From contig MU053216.1 in NCBI GenBank assembly GCA_013239625.1, positions 1,056,001-1,120,000 on the forward strand: a DNA stretch of 64,000 nt. The letters are read 5' to 3'. This stretch comes from Lama guanicoe (lineage: Eukaryota). The position numbers were made by a program, and so were the translations under genes. This document shows, piece after piece, positions 11,911 through 24,192 of the stretch; positions within the stretch are counted from its first letter, which is position 1, and each line of letters starts with the position of its first letter. A model generated the notes under the pieces. That model made no database searches. It saw only the letters and a program-made list of their open reading frames with translations, and was not told where the DNA came from.

Positions 11911-14900
11911 TCTCCCCATTTCTCTTGAATCCACTCTGGTCAAGTTTCTGCTCCCTTCACGTGACCAGAGTTGCTCTTATCAGGCACCAGTGAACTTTCA
12001 GGTCACTAACTCTGGTGGTCAGACACCTCCGTTCCCAGGAATGGTGGGGACGTTCCCATCGGATCTTCCTGCCTGTGGAGAATAGCTTACCTTGCACAAG
12101 ATGTGAACAGTAACAGCTCCCCGCAGGTACGCAAAGTGGCCCGAAGCAGCCAGAAACGAAGGGGGTGACGCTCAGAAGAGTAAAAGTGCACTGGGTAAGT
12201 TTTCTATTTTTATGGCCTTTACCCAAGAGCAGGCTGGGGTGGGCTACACGCAGACTGCCTGAAACTCAGATCGAAGCTCACAGTGGTACTGGATTGAAGG
12301 ACTAGAGGTGAGTTGGAGGCAGCTGGAAAGCGGAGGAGGGAGATGTTGAAGAGGGTCATCGAGAGCGTTCCTCAAAACCTGAATGGAAGCTCTGCCCAGA
12401 TCTCAGGCTGACACCTCCACTGCGCATCTGTGTAGGAGGCTCAGAACAGCCCAAGCAAAGCAGTGAAGCAGATGGAGGTTCCACCGCTGCCGCACAGCCC
12501 ACGGACGCTCGGCTTTCCTCAAGAGGCAAACACACCCATCACAAAACTGCAGCCGCGGGGCCCTCTTAGCAGGAGGCGCGCCGAGCGGGAACAGCCGCAG
12601 GGGCCTTCCTGAGGCGGTGGCGCGCTCTGTGTTTTGCCAGTGGCCCGGGCGGCGGGGCGTGCGCTCTGGGTAAGATGTGCTGAATGGTGCACAAGCCTTG
12701 TGCATTTCACTTTTTTTTTTTTGCAACAGACTTCCTGCCAAGTCTTTTTATTGATGACATTTGAAAAACAAGTTACTTAAAATACTGCTAACGAACAGCA
12801 TATTCTGTTTGCCTGTTTTTCCTTACGGTTAGACTGCGAATTACTGATTCAACTGTCTAAAAGCTCAAATAAACATGAGAGTTGGAAGCGGGTGGACATC
12901 CTTGTAAGGTACCACGCTGTCCTGCAGGATGCGCCTCTTCACACCAGCACCAGGACTACAGGGTTTCCCTTCGTCCTTTTTTTAGAGTAAGACGTCTGGT
13001 AGCAATGGGGTTTTTATTTGTATTGTTAAAAACCAGTTTCCTCGCTCGGAGAATAGCTGGTATCTCAGACTGCGACTCAGCTTTCAAATAAGGACAGAAA
13101 CAGAACACTGAATTCTGAGCCCAAGTAGCAAAGCCTCCTGAGAATGGCTTTTATAGGCACTGCTTGCTTCCAGTAAAAAACAAACAAGAAACTCCTACTT
13201 TTCCATCTACCTTTTAGTCGCTTGTACGTTTTGGCTGTCGGCAAAGCTTTTCTCCCTCATTAAACATTTACTGAGGTGTTAAGCTAGCTTAGTTTACCGA
13301 AGTAGCACTTTTTCTGTGGCACAGCTCAAAAGTCTGTCACCCTACGATGTGGTGCTTGCGTGAAGGAGGATGTTAACAGATGTCCACGGTGAAAGCAGTT
13401 AACGTGGCCTCTGTGAACGGCCGCTGCTCGGGGCACGGAGAAAGCGGAGGAGGGGAGGGAGGGGAGCAATGAAGCACTGCGCGTGCAGGGCTCAAGTCTC
13501 CTTCCGCATCTCACGGCCCCCAGCCTCGGCTCACACAGCTGGTCCCTCCTGCGTCTGGTCACACTTTCCTCTAGGAGCCCCGCCTGCCCCCCCCCGTTGG
13601 TCCCATTCGCTTTGGCTGATCCTCCAGTTTCCAGCCTCTTCTCTTTTCTGTCTCCACGTGCTCCCTTGGTCTATTAGCTCTCAGATCTCCTCCCAAAGAT
13701 ATCTGGTGTCTGGCCCCAGTTCTTCCGGATGTTCTGGAGAATGTGGGGCGCTTGGCAGCCACCTGCCCCCCCCCCGAGCCCTGGTCACCAATGCAGGGGC
13801 CACGAGAAGGGTCCTTCCTGCTTACTCGTTCAGGGACAGTAACCTTTCCCAAGGCTGCTCTGCGTCCACACAGGCCCTCCAGTCAGGCACTTGGCTGTAC
13901 GTATGCGTCTGTGTGTGTGTCTGTTCCAGACTCTCATGTTTCGTCGAATCTTGGAAATGAGCTAAAGTAGAATTCCAGACAAGGAAATGTCTCTCTTGTC
14001 CGCTTCACCCCCTCCCTCCACCCTCTAGTCCTTCCTCCTTCCTTCCCCGTTCACTTAGAAGGTGAACAACCAGGCTCTTCTCTCTGGCTGGCTGCCTGCG
14101 TCCAGTGCAGACAGAGGTGAGGGGCTGGCAGGACAAGCGGGGAGGTGAGTGCTGGGCTGGGCTCCGCAGGGCCTGTGGGGACCCCGAGGGGTGCACCCAG
14201 CCCGGGTGGGGGGTAGGCAGGACAGTGGCAGCCGCAGGTGAGGGCAGCGTTGGAGGAGGGCCTGGCTCTGCTGCTGGAGCTGCTGTGTGACCCTGAGCAA
14301 GTGACTGCTCCTCTCTGGGTCAGTTTCCTAACCTGCAAAATGAGGGAGTTGGACTAACCCAGAGGTTTCCCAGCAGCTCGTGGGAGCCAGATTCTGGGGC
14401 CCCATTGGGCCCACTGCCCCTTTCGCACAGCTGGCTTCCTTCTTGCTGGTCTGGGTGTCGGCCCGCCCTGAGGTGCTGCCCGGGGACATTAGCGCTCCGA
14501 TGAGCCGGCGGCAGTGTCTGCAGGGTGCCCAGTTAGGCTGGGGGACGCCTGTTGGGGGTCACTGAGCATGCTTCGCCCTGTGGCCCTGGTCTCATTAGCC
14601 CCATATTCTAACCACCAACTCGGTGGCCCAGATGGGATGAGGCTCAGGACTTCCACATCTGATGCTCCACGAGTCTGAACTCTCTCTTCATCCACCCGTC
14701 TGCCCCGCAGCCCAGCGCACCCGACGTGCGGTCCTAGTGGGCCCTGGGCAGCAGGGGCTTCTGAGGCACCAGAGGTCGAACGAGGCCCAGCACAGCCCTC
14801 AAGTCAGGCCCGCCCTACCCTGTCCTCAGCTCCGGGGAGCTGCCCAGAGTGCTTGGGCTGGCCCCGAGGAGGCCGGGTTCTGCCCCGGGGTTGCCACAGA

Positions 14901-16389
14901 CACGCCGCGTGACCCTGGGCGAGTCTCCGTGGGCCTCGGTTTCCTCATCTGTGAACTGCACTTAGAGCCCTGAGCTCTGCCTGTCTCGCTGGGTGAAGTG
15001 AACAACAGCGTGGACCGTGGACACCTAAGGCTTGGACCAGTAACAGGGCTGTTTGGCGGCCCCTCCAGCAGAAAGACTGTTCTGATTAATAACGTCTGCT
15101 TGCTCCTCCTCCGGCCGTGAGGTGAGGCCTGAAGGCTACTGTGTCTCCAGGGTAGCCTGGACTCCAGGGGGAGCCAGGTCCTGGGCTGGGTCAGGCGTGA
15201 AGGGGCCAGAAGACACAGCTTCACGGCTCAGCATGGAGGGGCTGTGGGCCGCCGGGGCGTGGCGTCCGGGAGACGCAGCCGCGGGATCGGGAGACCCCCC
15301 CCTTGCAGTCCGGGTTTCCAGTGGCTCCTGGCACCCCCACTTCCTCAGCAAGTGTTCTGGGGGTCCAGAGGGCTTGCCACCCTCTTGGCCAAAGATGGCT
15401 GAACTGTCCCTTTGTCACTCCTACCGTAAGTGCACCCGCTTCCTGCATAAAACCGTTTCTTCACCAGGAGTTACACTTCCCCGGGAATCACATCGCCCCT
15501 GGGGACTAACGGGCGGCGAGACAACAAATCCACACGTGGTTTCCGGTCACCTTCTGTTTCCAGTCTGGGGACCATGATCCGCAGAGCTGCCCACACCCGG
15601 GGCGTGTGCGTTCCTGTGTTCCTGACAACTTACCGAGGAGACGCATGTTGATTTTGAATCTGTAGTTTGATCTCACATTTTGGAGCCAATACACACTTTC
15701 AGGAGGCCCCAGACCTAGTGTATTAACAATCTGGGCTGCAGGCAGGCGGTCTCCCTCCCTTGGGCCGAGGCTCAGCCTTCCTCCCTGGCCTCCCTGACCA
15801 TCACCCTCTGAGAAGTGACCAGGAGGTCAGGGACATGGGATCGAGAGAGAGGTCACTGTCCTCCCAGGCTGGGAAGGGTCATCTCCAGCCTTCCCTAAGT
15901 ATTTCCAGCCTCCTCCGGGCGGTGCCCACAGCTGTCCATCCATCCAGGCCACACTTGGAGGTTACTACCCCCGTGTCTTAGAAAGTTCCATGTGCCGTCT
16001 TGTTTCTTATGGGCCTCTTGAGGTGGGGGCCCCCACATCCTTGGCTTTTGTGAGCTCTAGCCCGTCCCGCAGGACCCGGGGAGAAAACGCACCCAGCAGA
16101 CGCAAGCTCCTTTGCAGCTCTGGAGATCGCAAGCCGCCAGGTGCCTGCCCGGGAGTGTTCCCCTGGGGCGCCTTTCCCTTTGCAAGCCGTGTGACATCGG
16201 GTGCATCTGTCCCCTCCCTAAGCCCCACGTCATTTATGTGTAACATGAGGGCAGCACCACAGCGTCCCCTGCCCGGTGCTGCCCTTGGTCTGCGCCGGGC
16301 GCAGGGCCAATGAGAGGAGACCCTGGAAGGAGGGGAGCAGCCCCGTCCGTCCTCAGCGGCTCCCCAAATAATCCACTGCTTGAAATTGT

Positions 16390-19092
16390 TCAAAGAAACG
16401 CCAGCAATTTATTGATTTCCTGTATTTCCAAAAAAGCAAACACATAGTGTATCCCCCAGGGAAACTGGGCCCAGCCAGCCCACGGTTCTTACACAAACAC
16501 GGAACACAGGGGAGGGTGGCCGCAGAGGGGCTCTGGACATCTGCAGCGCCCTGGACATCGCCCTTCTGCCCCCCACCCACCCATCCAGAGCCCCTGCCTT
16601 GACCGTCCCAGCCTGCCCCCTCCTGGCCAGGCTCCAAGGTGGACAAGAGCGGCCCTGGGGCAGCTGGGGTCGCACTGCTGGGCTGGCCCCACTGGGCAGG
16701 CTGCTGGTGGCCAGTGACCGGATCTGCCCTAGCACCAGAGGCCCTGGGTCGGGGCAGGGACAGGGAGACGCTGAGGGCCTGTGTCTTTGGGCCCACGTAG
16801 GAGTGTCTTGTTTTGGGTATCGAGCCTGGGGCATGAGGCCAAGATGCAGCTGACACATGGAGCTGTGCCTCCGTGGGGCCTGGATGCGGGCGGCCCGACA
16901 GAACCCTGGCTCCTGTCTCTAGCAGGTGCACCTGCAGGCCCCTCCCAGTGTGGCCTCCTCCAAAGTGACAGTCCCGGTTGGCTGGCCGCAGAAGTCACAA
17001 GAGAGATGACCAGACCAGGCCTGGCCTCACTGTCCCCTCACCTACTTGGGTCTGAAAAACTGCCCATCCCCAAGGTGAAGGCTGGGCTGGGCTTCCTCGC
17101 CCGCGAGGGAAGGAGGGCTTCGAGCAGCCAGGGCCGCGCCGAGGGACGGGCGCCTCCCGGGGTGGTCGTGGGCTCGCTGGTCAGGGGCTGTCTCCCTCTC
17201 TCCCTGGACAGTCCTCTCATACTGGGGACCACAGGCCTCTTCTTTCCCCAGGAGAAGGTGAGCCCCATGAGCACGGGGTGTGGCCCCCGAGAGCTTATGC
17301 CACTGCTGGCTCCGCAGCGTCTCTTTAAGAAGCGAATTCCTCTGGGCCCCGGGGACCAGCAGAGCGGTCACCCCGAACCTACACCCGGGACAGTCTGCTG
17401 GGACCAGCTGCCCCTGAGAGGGAGGCGCGGGCCAGGAGCAGATGTCCTCCGTGAGTGACGGGGAGGGGGTGACGATCCCAGCAGCAGAGGCCGGTCGGCC
17501 GCACGGCCTGTCATCGTGTGTCTGCCCCCTGAGTCCCGCTGCCAGGTCTCCCAGCAGACAGGTGCTGGCTGCACGGCCTGTCACCGTCCCGCTGCCAGGT
17601 CCCCCAGCAGACAGGTGCTGGGCCCAGAGGTCCTTCCGGTTCTGCCTCCTGGGGTGAGCAGTGGGGCCGGACTGGGGGGAAGTGCGGGCGGGGAGGAGAC
17701 TTGCGGGGAGGAGGGAGGAGCACCTTCAGTGCCAGAGGACCTAGGCTCCGTCCTGCGTCCTGTCATCGCTGCTGCAGGGCCGGGAGGCTGCCGCCAGGGA
17801 GGCCTGGGGATGCCACGGCCTGCCCCATCGTGCAGGACAGACTCAGGGCTATTTGCACAAGCCTCTCCCTCAGGAGGCCCCTCCTCTGCTTCTCACCCGA
17901 AATGCAAAGGAGTTGGGGTCTCGGTGTGGCAGGTGCCCCTGATGGGCCTCTTTTATCACGTCCCCTGTGGTTTTCACAAACACAGAGCAGGGACAGATGG
18001 CTGGGGCTCCGGGGAAGGAGCAGAGACAGCCATGGCTGGGCTGGCTGGTGCTCTGATGTGATAGTCCCTTCTGATCTAGCCAAATCCCTTCCTCCAAGGC
18101 TCCCGGGACCCAAAACACCCACTCACTTGAATCTCGGCCCACGCCCTGGGAAGTACCCTCCTGGCTAATTCCCTCTGAGGCTGGAGCGGGTCCCTGCCCA
18201 GCCTAGCCTGCCCACCGCCCTCACCCCAGGAATATGAAGACCAGCAGCCGTCCCGACAGCTCCTGGGCTGTGAGCACCACGCTGCCTTCTTCCTCCTGCA
18301 AAAAGTAGGTGACAAGCCCCCTGAAGGCAGGGGCTTCACAGGCCGAGGCTTCTCTGACAGGCATGCAGCCTGAGAGAGTGGCCAGCCCCCCTCGCTGGCT
18401 CTGACTCTCGGGGCAGACTTCACATAGCAAAGCAAGCAGGCCTGTCCTGGCCCGTCTTCAGGAGCCCACGCCCCGCCCAGCCCCGTCCCCGTGGCACTGC
18501 GGGGAGGCCGCCACAATCAGACAGCTCGATTTTCCCAGGAGATACACTGAACCCTGCCAACCTCCCTTCCTGCAAAGCCGCCTCCTAAGAGGGGGAGCCC
18601 CAGCCCCAGCTACTCCCGCCCCCTGCAGGACACCTCGTGGGCCTGGCCCTGGGGAGGACCCCTGCCCTGGCATGGCACACTTTGGAAACCAGGGGCAGCT
18701 AAACCAACAGTACACGGACATGCCCACGAGGGCGTGTCGTGCCCGGCTGCAAGCCAACAGCTCACCCAGCTCTGCAGTCTGAGGTCCGGCTGTCAGCACT
18801 AGTGCACGCACGTGCACACACACATGACAAACGTGTATATGTACCATTTCTCAGCGAAAGAAGTATTAACATTAGATATAAGGCCCCTTAACTCAAGAAA
18901 AGCCCCCCCGCCCTCCCCAACCCCCATCGCCTGTCAGTTCCTCCAAGGAAAAAAAAAATCTAAAAATAAATCCGTCATCCGCCGCGTCCCGGTTTGCTCT
19001 CAGCTGCGTTTGAATGTTTCCAAATACTGCACAGGTGGACAGAATAACCCCTCCAGCAAGGCCTGGGTCTTCTCAGCTGGGTCCGATCACTT
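16390..19092 (-). other. PKP1: PKP1 terminal non-coding exon (3'UTR, ~2.7 kb)
   Basis: Acceptor ctcctccttttccag|AAG at 19092; sequence at 18840-19080 resembles the human PKP1 3'UTR as I recall it; ends just after AATAAA. Confidence 0.75.
16408..16413 (-). terminator. PKP1: Polyadenylation signal AATAAA of PKP1
   Basis: Plus-strand tttatt; minus strand reads U-rich tttgcttttttggaaatacaggaaatcAATAAAttgctggcgtttctttg. Confidence 0.75.
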
Positions 19093-20296
19093 CTGGAAAA
19101 GGAGGAGGCCTCCGGTCAGCAGCCAAGGAGATGCATCCACACTGCCATTCTCACCAGCACATCCCTCCTCCCACCATGCGCCCCAGGCCCGAGACCGGGG
19201 TCAGGCTGTCCCTCGACACGTTCATAGGCTGCTCCTGTTGGGTCAGAAGCTCGTCAGCCTTGCCCCCCGCCCACCCTGTCCCTCCGTGGTGCCCGGCACA
19301 CCGCAGCGCTAAGCACCTAGGCTGTGCCCGTCAGGCACCTGCCAAATCCGGCTTATCTCTTCCTGCTCTCCTCTTGTCGGAGCCCGTCTGCCAGGAGAGG
19401 GTGTCCAAGGTCTCAGTGAACCTTTGTCTGGACAAAAGTTGCAGCCCTCCCCCCACCAGGAGCCTCCTCAGGTGCCGGGATTGGGGTGCTGGCAGACACC
19501 AGGGCACCAGGAAGTCCTCCTTGAGCTCAGAAGACCCTGTCTTCACCCCTGACTCTTTGCAGGTGGCTCCACCCCAGGGCCGCTTCTGGTGACCCTCGAG
19601 GGTTGACGATGCCTGGTTTGAGTATCTGAGCCTGGCCCTGGGCTTACCTGCATCAGAATCACTTTGGATACTTATTTTAAAATGTATTTTCCTGGACCCA
19701 GGAGCTACAGAGTCAGAACTGCTGAGTGGGACCAGGAGCGTGTGCAAGTGTCCCAGCGAGGCTAATGAAATCGCAGGTTTACAAGTCTTTGTCAGAGATA
19801 CTGGATCTGAGTTTTTCGCCTCTAGATCTATCAGCTGGAAATCAGCCTGTCCACACGAGACGTGTGCAGAGACTGGGAAATGGGCCATATCAGGGACAAG
19901 AAGGTGAGCTGCAGAAGCCCAACGCTGAACAACATCCTGTGTGACTGCAGGGGCGCCGTTCACACTGCAGTCCACTAGACGGCACCGCCTGGGTTGTGCA
20001 GTGTGCGACCTACACGGCCATACCAGCAGCTCTGCCAGACCTCTGGCCTGTGATGTGACCAAGACACTGCACGTCCCTGGTGTCCTGGGGTGGGACAGGC
20101 AGTGGCACCCTGGCCAGGTGGTCCACGCGGCTGTCCTCACAGACCTCGTGTCTGCCGACCAAAGGCTGCGTCTGTGTCCCTGGGGAAGTGGCCTGGCCCC
20201 TTCTGAGCCTGGCTGAGGCTGCTGTGGGGTCCTGGGCATCCCTGCCCAGGGGGCTGGCCCTTACCTGGAAGCTGGACTTCCCTGGGCAGCCTCCTC

Positions 20297-20371
20297 TTAG
20301 AACCGGGACGTGAAGTTCCTGAAGCTGCTGGGCCCGGCCAAGGTTCCCAGCATGTTCCTGTCGAGACCTTG
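20297..20371 (-). CDS. PKP1: PKP1 exon 14 coding part (75 nt including TAA); exon continues as 3'UTR to 20265
   Basis: ccgcag|CAA; QGLDRNMLGTLAGPSSFRNFTSRF*; donor CAG|GTAAGG 32 nt after the stop. Confidence 0.95.
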   Translation of the reverse strand, partial: QGLDRNMLGTLAGPSSFRNFTSRF

Positions 20372-21642
20372 CTGCGGGGGAGAGACAGCAGCTGCTGGAA
20401 ACAGCCTAGGATGGATGGTGTGAGGCGTCCTGCAGGGCCCGAGACTGCCCCCCGAGGGCCCCTGGGCTTGCCCAGGCCCTCAGGACACGCTCTGTGTGTG
20501 TGCCAGGGCTAAAGCCGGTCCAATCAAATGTGCAACCAAACACAAGGCCACTCACGTCCGTGAGCCAGCTGAGATGTGTCTGGAGGCCCCCCAGCACACG
20601 AGTGTCCCACCTGCCTCCGCAGGAGTCTGCACCAAGGCAGGAGGATTCAGCCAATGCTGGTTCCTCTTTAAACAGAGCAAGCACCAAGATCAGAGCAGAA
20701 AGGGGTTTGTTTTCTGCCTTCTGACTGCTCTGCTTTCTTTAAAAACCCCAACAAGAGCTCTGGGCAGGGAGGTCAGGCCCAGCAGCCTCGGAGGGGCGCT
20801 GGGAGGAGCCCTGATGGGAGACTGGAGTCTGGAGGGGCTGGCTGGGGTCCAGGAGAGGGACCACGTCTCCCAGTCAGGGCTCCTCCCAGCCCCGCCCAGA
20901 AGCCCTGCCTGCTCCCTGGCTGACCTGTCTCTGCTGTAGCCACAGGGTGTCCGAGCCAGAAGCCTGAGCCCCGCCAGCCCCACGGTCCCACTTCTTCTGT
21001 CTCCTGCCCGTTAAGGCCACCTCACCCCTGCCCACACCACAGAGGTGGGGCCGGGTTGGTGTGAAGCCCCGACAGCACAAGGCCTGGCTCTGCGGCTGGA
21101 GAGGTGGCAGATACCGAGGAGGGAGGAGCAGGGCCATCCCTGGACAGGTCCAGCAGCCCCGTCTCTCGTCCCCTCTGCCACACAGCGTGGGGAGGCAGTC
21201 TTCTGAGAGCTGCTTTCACCCTGACACTCTCTCCTCCAAACCCCCAGTGTCTCCCCAGGGCCGAAAGCAAACTCTTTAGCTTGAACTTGAAGGGGTAACC
21301 TGCCACCCCAGCCACAGCACACCCACGCCCCCAGGTGAATGCCGTGCCTTTTGCCCACCTGCTTTTCAGTTAGCTCCTGGGGGGCCCACCCCAGACCTGA
21401 CACACTTCCTCCACTCCTCTGCCCTCCACGCACCCAGCACCTCCTCCTCAGACCCTGGGCTGAGCAGTGTCGGAGCCTGGGCCCCGTCCACTGTCACGCG
21501 CATTCGTCTGGAGTGAGGCTCAGTCTCCCTGACCTGATGGGGCCTGAGATCTACGTCTCTCTTCCTGATCCATGCGGACCCGATCCAGGGCAGGCAGAGT
21601 GTGGGAGAGCCTTGCCAGCGGGGTCAAAGGTGAGGGCCTTAC

Positions 21643-21727
21643 CTGTCTGAGGATGCCCTGCAGCTCCTTGCTGGCCCACATGTCAGACAGGAGGAGTCGG
21701 GCAGCCTCTGCAGCCCTGGGCGAGGCA
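21643..21727 (-). CDS. PKP1: PKP1 exon 13 (85 nt)
   Basis: gcccag|T; ASPRAAEAARLLLSDMWASKELQGILRQ; donor CAG|GTAAGG (not in the ORF track, read by hand). Confidence 0.96.
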
Positions 21728-22103
21728 CTGGGCAGATGAGAAGTTCATCTTGGGGTGAGACTCCAGGAGACTCGGCGTGAACACCCCTTCCCTCCACCCT
21801 CACCTTTCCGGTGGGGGGCCCAGCGTTGCCTCAGAGAGAAGCCCCACTGAGGGTCCCACTACACAGTGGGCACAACCCCTCGCCCCTACCCACCTGGAGG
21901 TACCCCAGGACTATCTCTGGGACTCTCCATGCCCACCCCCGGCCTTGTCCCAGGAGGAGAGCAGAATAAGGTTCCCACACAGCTGAGTCTGCTGCTCCGT
22001 GCCTCCTGCTGGCCCACGAGGACTCAGTGTCCCTCAGGTTCCCCCGCCCAGAAGTGTGCTGCCCAGAGGCCGCACTCAGCTTCTAGAACTTCCCTCCATT
22101 GGC

Positions 22104-22167
22104 GCTGTCCTGCCCCGCCCACCTGCTGTCCTGCCCCGCCCACCTGCCGGCCCCGCCCCGCCCACCT
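22104..22167. repeat. 21/21/22-bp tandem repeat containing the exon 12 donor
   Basis: gctgtcctgccccgcccacct x2 exact, plus gccggccccgccccgcccacct. Confidence 0.9.
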
Positions 22168-22352
22168 GCTGCGACACAGGTTGATGACATTGTTGATCAT
22201 ACTGCTGGAGAAATGCTGCTTGGCCACCTGCGGCTGGGAGGCCATCAGGTTCCTCACGGTGTAGCAGGCCGAGGACAAGATGTCTTCCGAGTTGCTGGTG
22301 TTGCCAGTGTGACTGGTGAGGAGCCTGGTCACCTCTGGGAACACCTGGTTCC
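22166..22352 (-). CDS. PKP1: PKP1 exon 12 (187 nt)
   Basis: ttccag|GG; NQVFPEVTRLLTSHTGNTSNSEDILSSACYTVRNLMASQPQVAKQHFSSSMINNVINLCRS; donor AG|GTGGGC. Confidence 0.96.
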
Positions 22353-22685
22353 CTGGAAGAGAAAGGAGTGGAGGGCACAGGGTCAGATGACCAGGGGCAT
22401 CCCCTTGAGACCACAGTCCTGGGCTGCCCTCAGCGGGGCTCCTCGCAAGGTGGCCCCTCAGGGCTCGATTCTAGCTCCAACCCAGGGCTTGGGAAGGGGT
22501 GTGACCTCACATACCTGCTCCCCATCCCCGGGCGACTGCCCCTTCCTACCTCCAAGCCTCTCCTGGGCCGGCGTCCCCTCCCGGACGCTCCCCTGGGGAG
22601 CGGTGAGAGGACGACCGACCGTCCAGTGGGCTCTGGAAAGCGGAAGGCCTTCCAGAGGGGTGGTCTGGCCCGTGTGGGCACTCAC

Positions 22686-22839
22686 CCATCACTCGGTGCA
22701 GCACTGGGTGGCGGGACATGTTGCTCAGCAGGGAGGCTCCAGACCGCACCACGTCGGAGTTGCCAGATTGCAGGAGGCGGGCGATCTGAGGCAGGCCCTT
22801 CTCCTTCAGCCCAATCAGCTGGCTCATGCCGCTGGACAT
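22686..22839 (-). CDS. PKP1: PKP1 exon 11 (154 nt)
   Basis: cctcag|ATG; MSSGMSQLIGLKEKGLPQIARLLQSGNSDVVRSGASLLSNMSRHPVLHRVM; donor G|GTGAGT. Confidence 0.97.
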
Positions 22840-24015
22840 CTGAGGGGAAGGAAGAGTGAGGCTCTCGCCTGGACTTCAAGGCACCACAGCAGGCAGAAGG
22901 GGGCCAGTAACCCCCAACTGAGAGCCCCAGAACTACTGCTCTTCTCTTCCATGTGGGAAGCCCTGGCAGACAGACACAAACCTGCTCTTACACTGGCAAC
23001 TGCAGAGCCCGTGCCGCAGCGAAAAGCACCTATGCCTGGACCCCAGGTGAGGGCTGAGCAGGAAGTCCGGCCCCTCACTCGGGGGGTGGGGGCAGAGCCA
23101 ACCTCCAGACTGAGCCAGTCCCAGCGGCCACCGCGTGGCCCACTGCCTCCGCTCTGTCTGCCGCACGTCCCCAGCAGCATCTGCTCACCTGAAGCCTAGG
23201 TCGACGTACCTGTCACCTAAAGAGGTGCTGACCACCTTCTGCCACCTTCCCTGCCTCTGCAGCAGTCAGGACGGGTTTCTCGGAGCTCAGCTGAGTCAAG
23301 GATGGGTAAGCATGGGACTGAGCCACGTGGAGAGGCAAGCCAGGTGCCCCGGAGGGAGGTTAGCCCATCCGGGCCTCTGGCAGCAAAGCTATCCTAGCCG
23401 TCACCTGGTTCGGGTTGGTCTGGGTTTCTCGAAGGCCCTCCACCCATCCTCTCACAGCAGGAAGGTCCTGCTTTGCCCCCAACTCACCCTTGTCCTGCTT
23501 CCGCCTGCCCTGCTTCCGTCCTGCGCAAAGGTGAGGGAGGGTGGGCTGCCTCTCCGTCTCCTTGTTCGCTAACATGCCTCCAACAGCTCCACCCACTCCC
23601 TTATGTCCTCCAAACTAACTGGCCTCGAAATCTTTCCTAATTCTGCACCATCTTCCTCCGGGCCTGCCTATACCCTCTTCTCCCACCTGTCAGTTCAGCA
23701 AACCGGACACCCCTCCTGCCATAAACATACCCGTCATCCAGGGCCCCTGCCTCCCCCCCAGGCACAGCCTGGGGCTAGCACGGGGCCAGGAACCACGGGC
23801 CAGAGGGGATTCTGTGGCACAGACAGAATCCAGGAGGCCTGGGTTCCACAGCCCCGTCCTCCACCTGGGTGTCTCCTCATGTCCCCAGGGCCCGGCCCAG
23901 ATGGCCCACTCGGGCAGGAACAGGCTCTCAGGGAGACCGGGAGCAGAGCCTGGACTGCAGCTGGAGGGACTGGGCGGGCGGAGGTGGGCTCGGGGGCGCT
24001 GCGGGCGGCGCTCAC

Positions 24016-24192
24016 CAGCCCCTTGCTGGCCGTCAGGTTCTGCAGGGCCCCGGCGCAGGCCTCCAGCGTGGCATCCTTCTTGCTCTTGCCCATGAGGTTC
24101 AGGTAGGTGCGGACGGCGTCCGAGTGGTACAGCAAGCTGCTGCCCGTGGGGCTGGGCTCCTCCTCAGGCAGCGGGCAGTCGTAGTTGTTGTT
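24016..24192 (-). CDS. PKP1: PKP1 exon 10 (177 nt)
   Basis: ccgcag|AAC; NNNYDCPLPEEEPSPTGSSLLYHSDAVRTYLNLMGKSKKDATLEACAGALQNLTASKGL; donor CTG|GTGAGC. Confidence 0.97.

Noticed and set aside
22099..23199. 366-aa plus-strand ORF, and similar ones at 32470-32982 and 56958-57812
   Set aside because: Antisense shadows of GC-rich PKP1 exons and the CpG island; no independent coding evidence.
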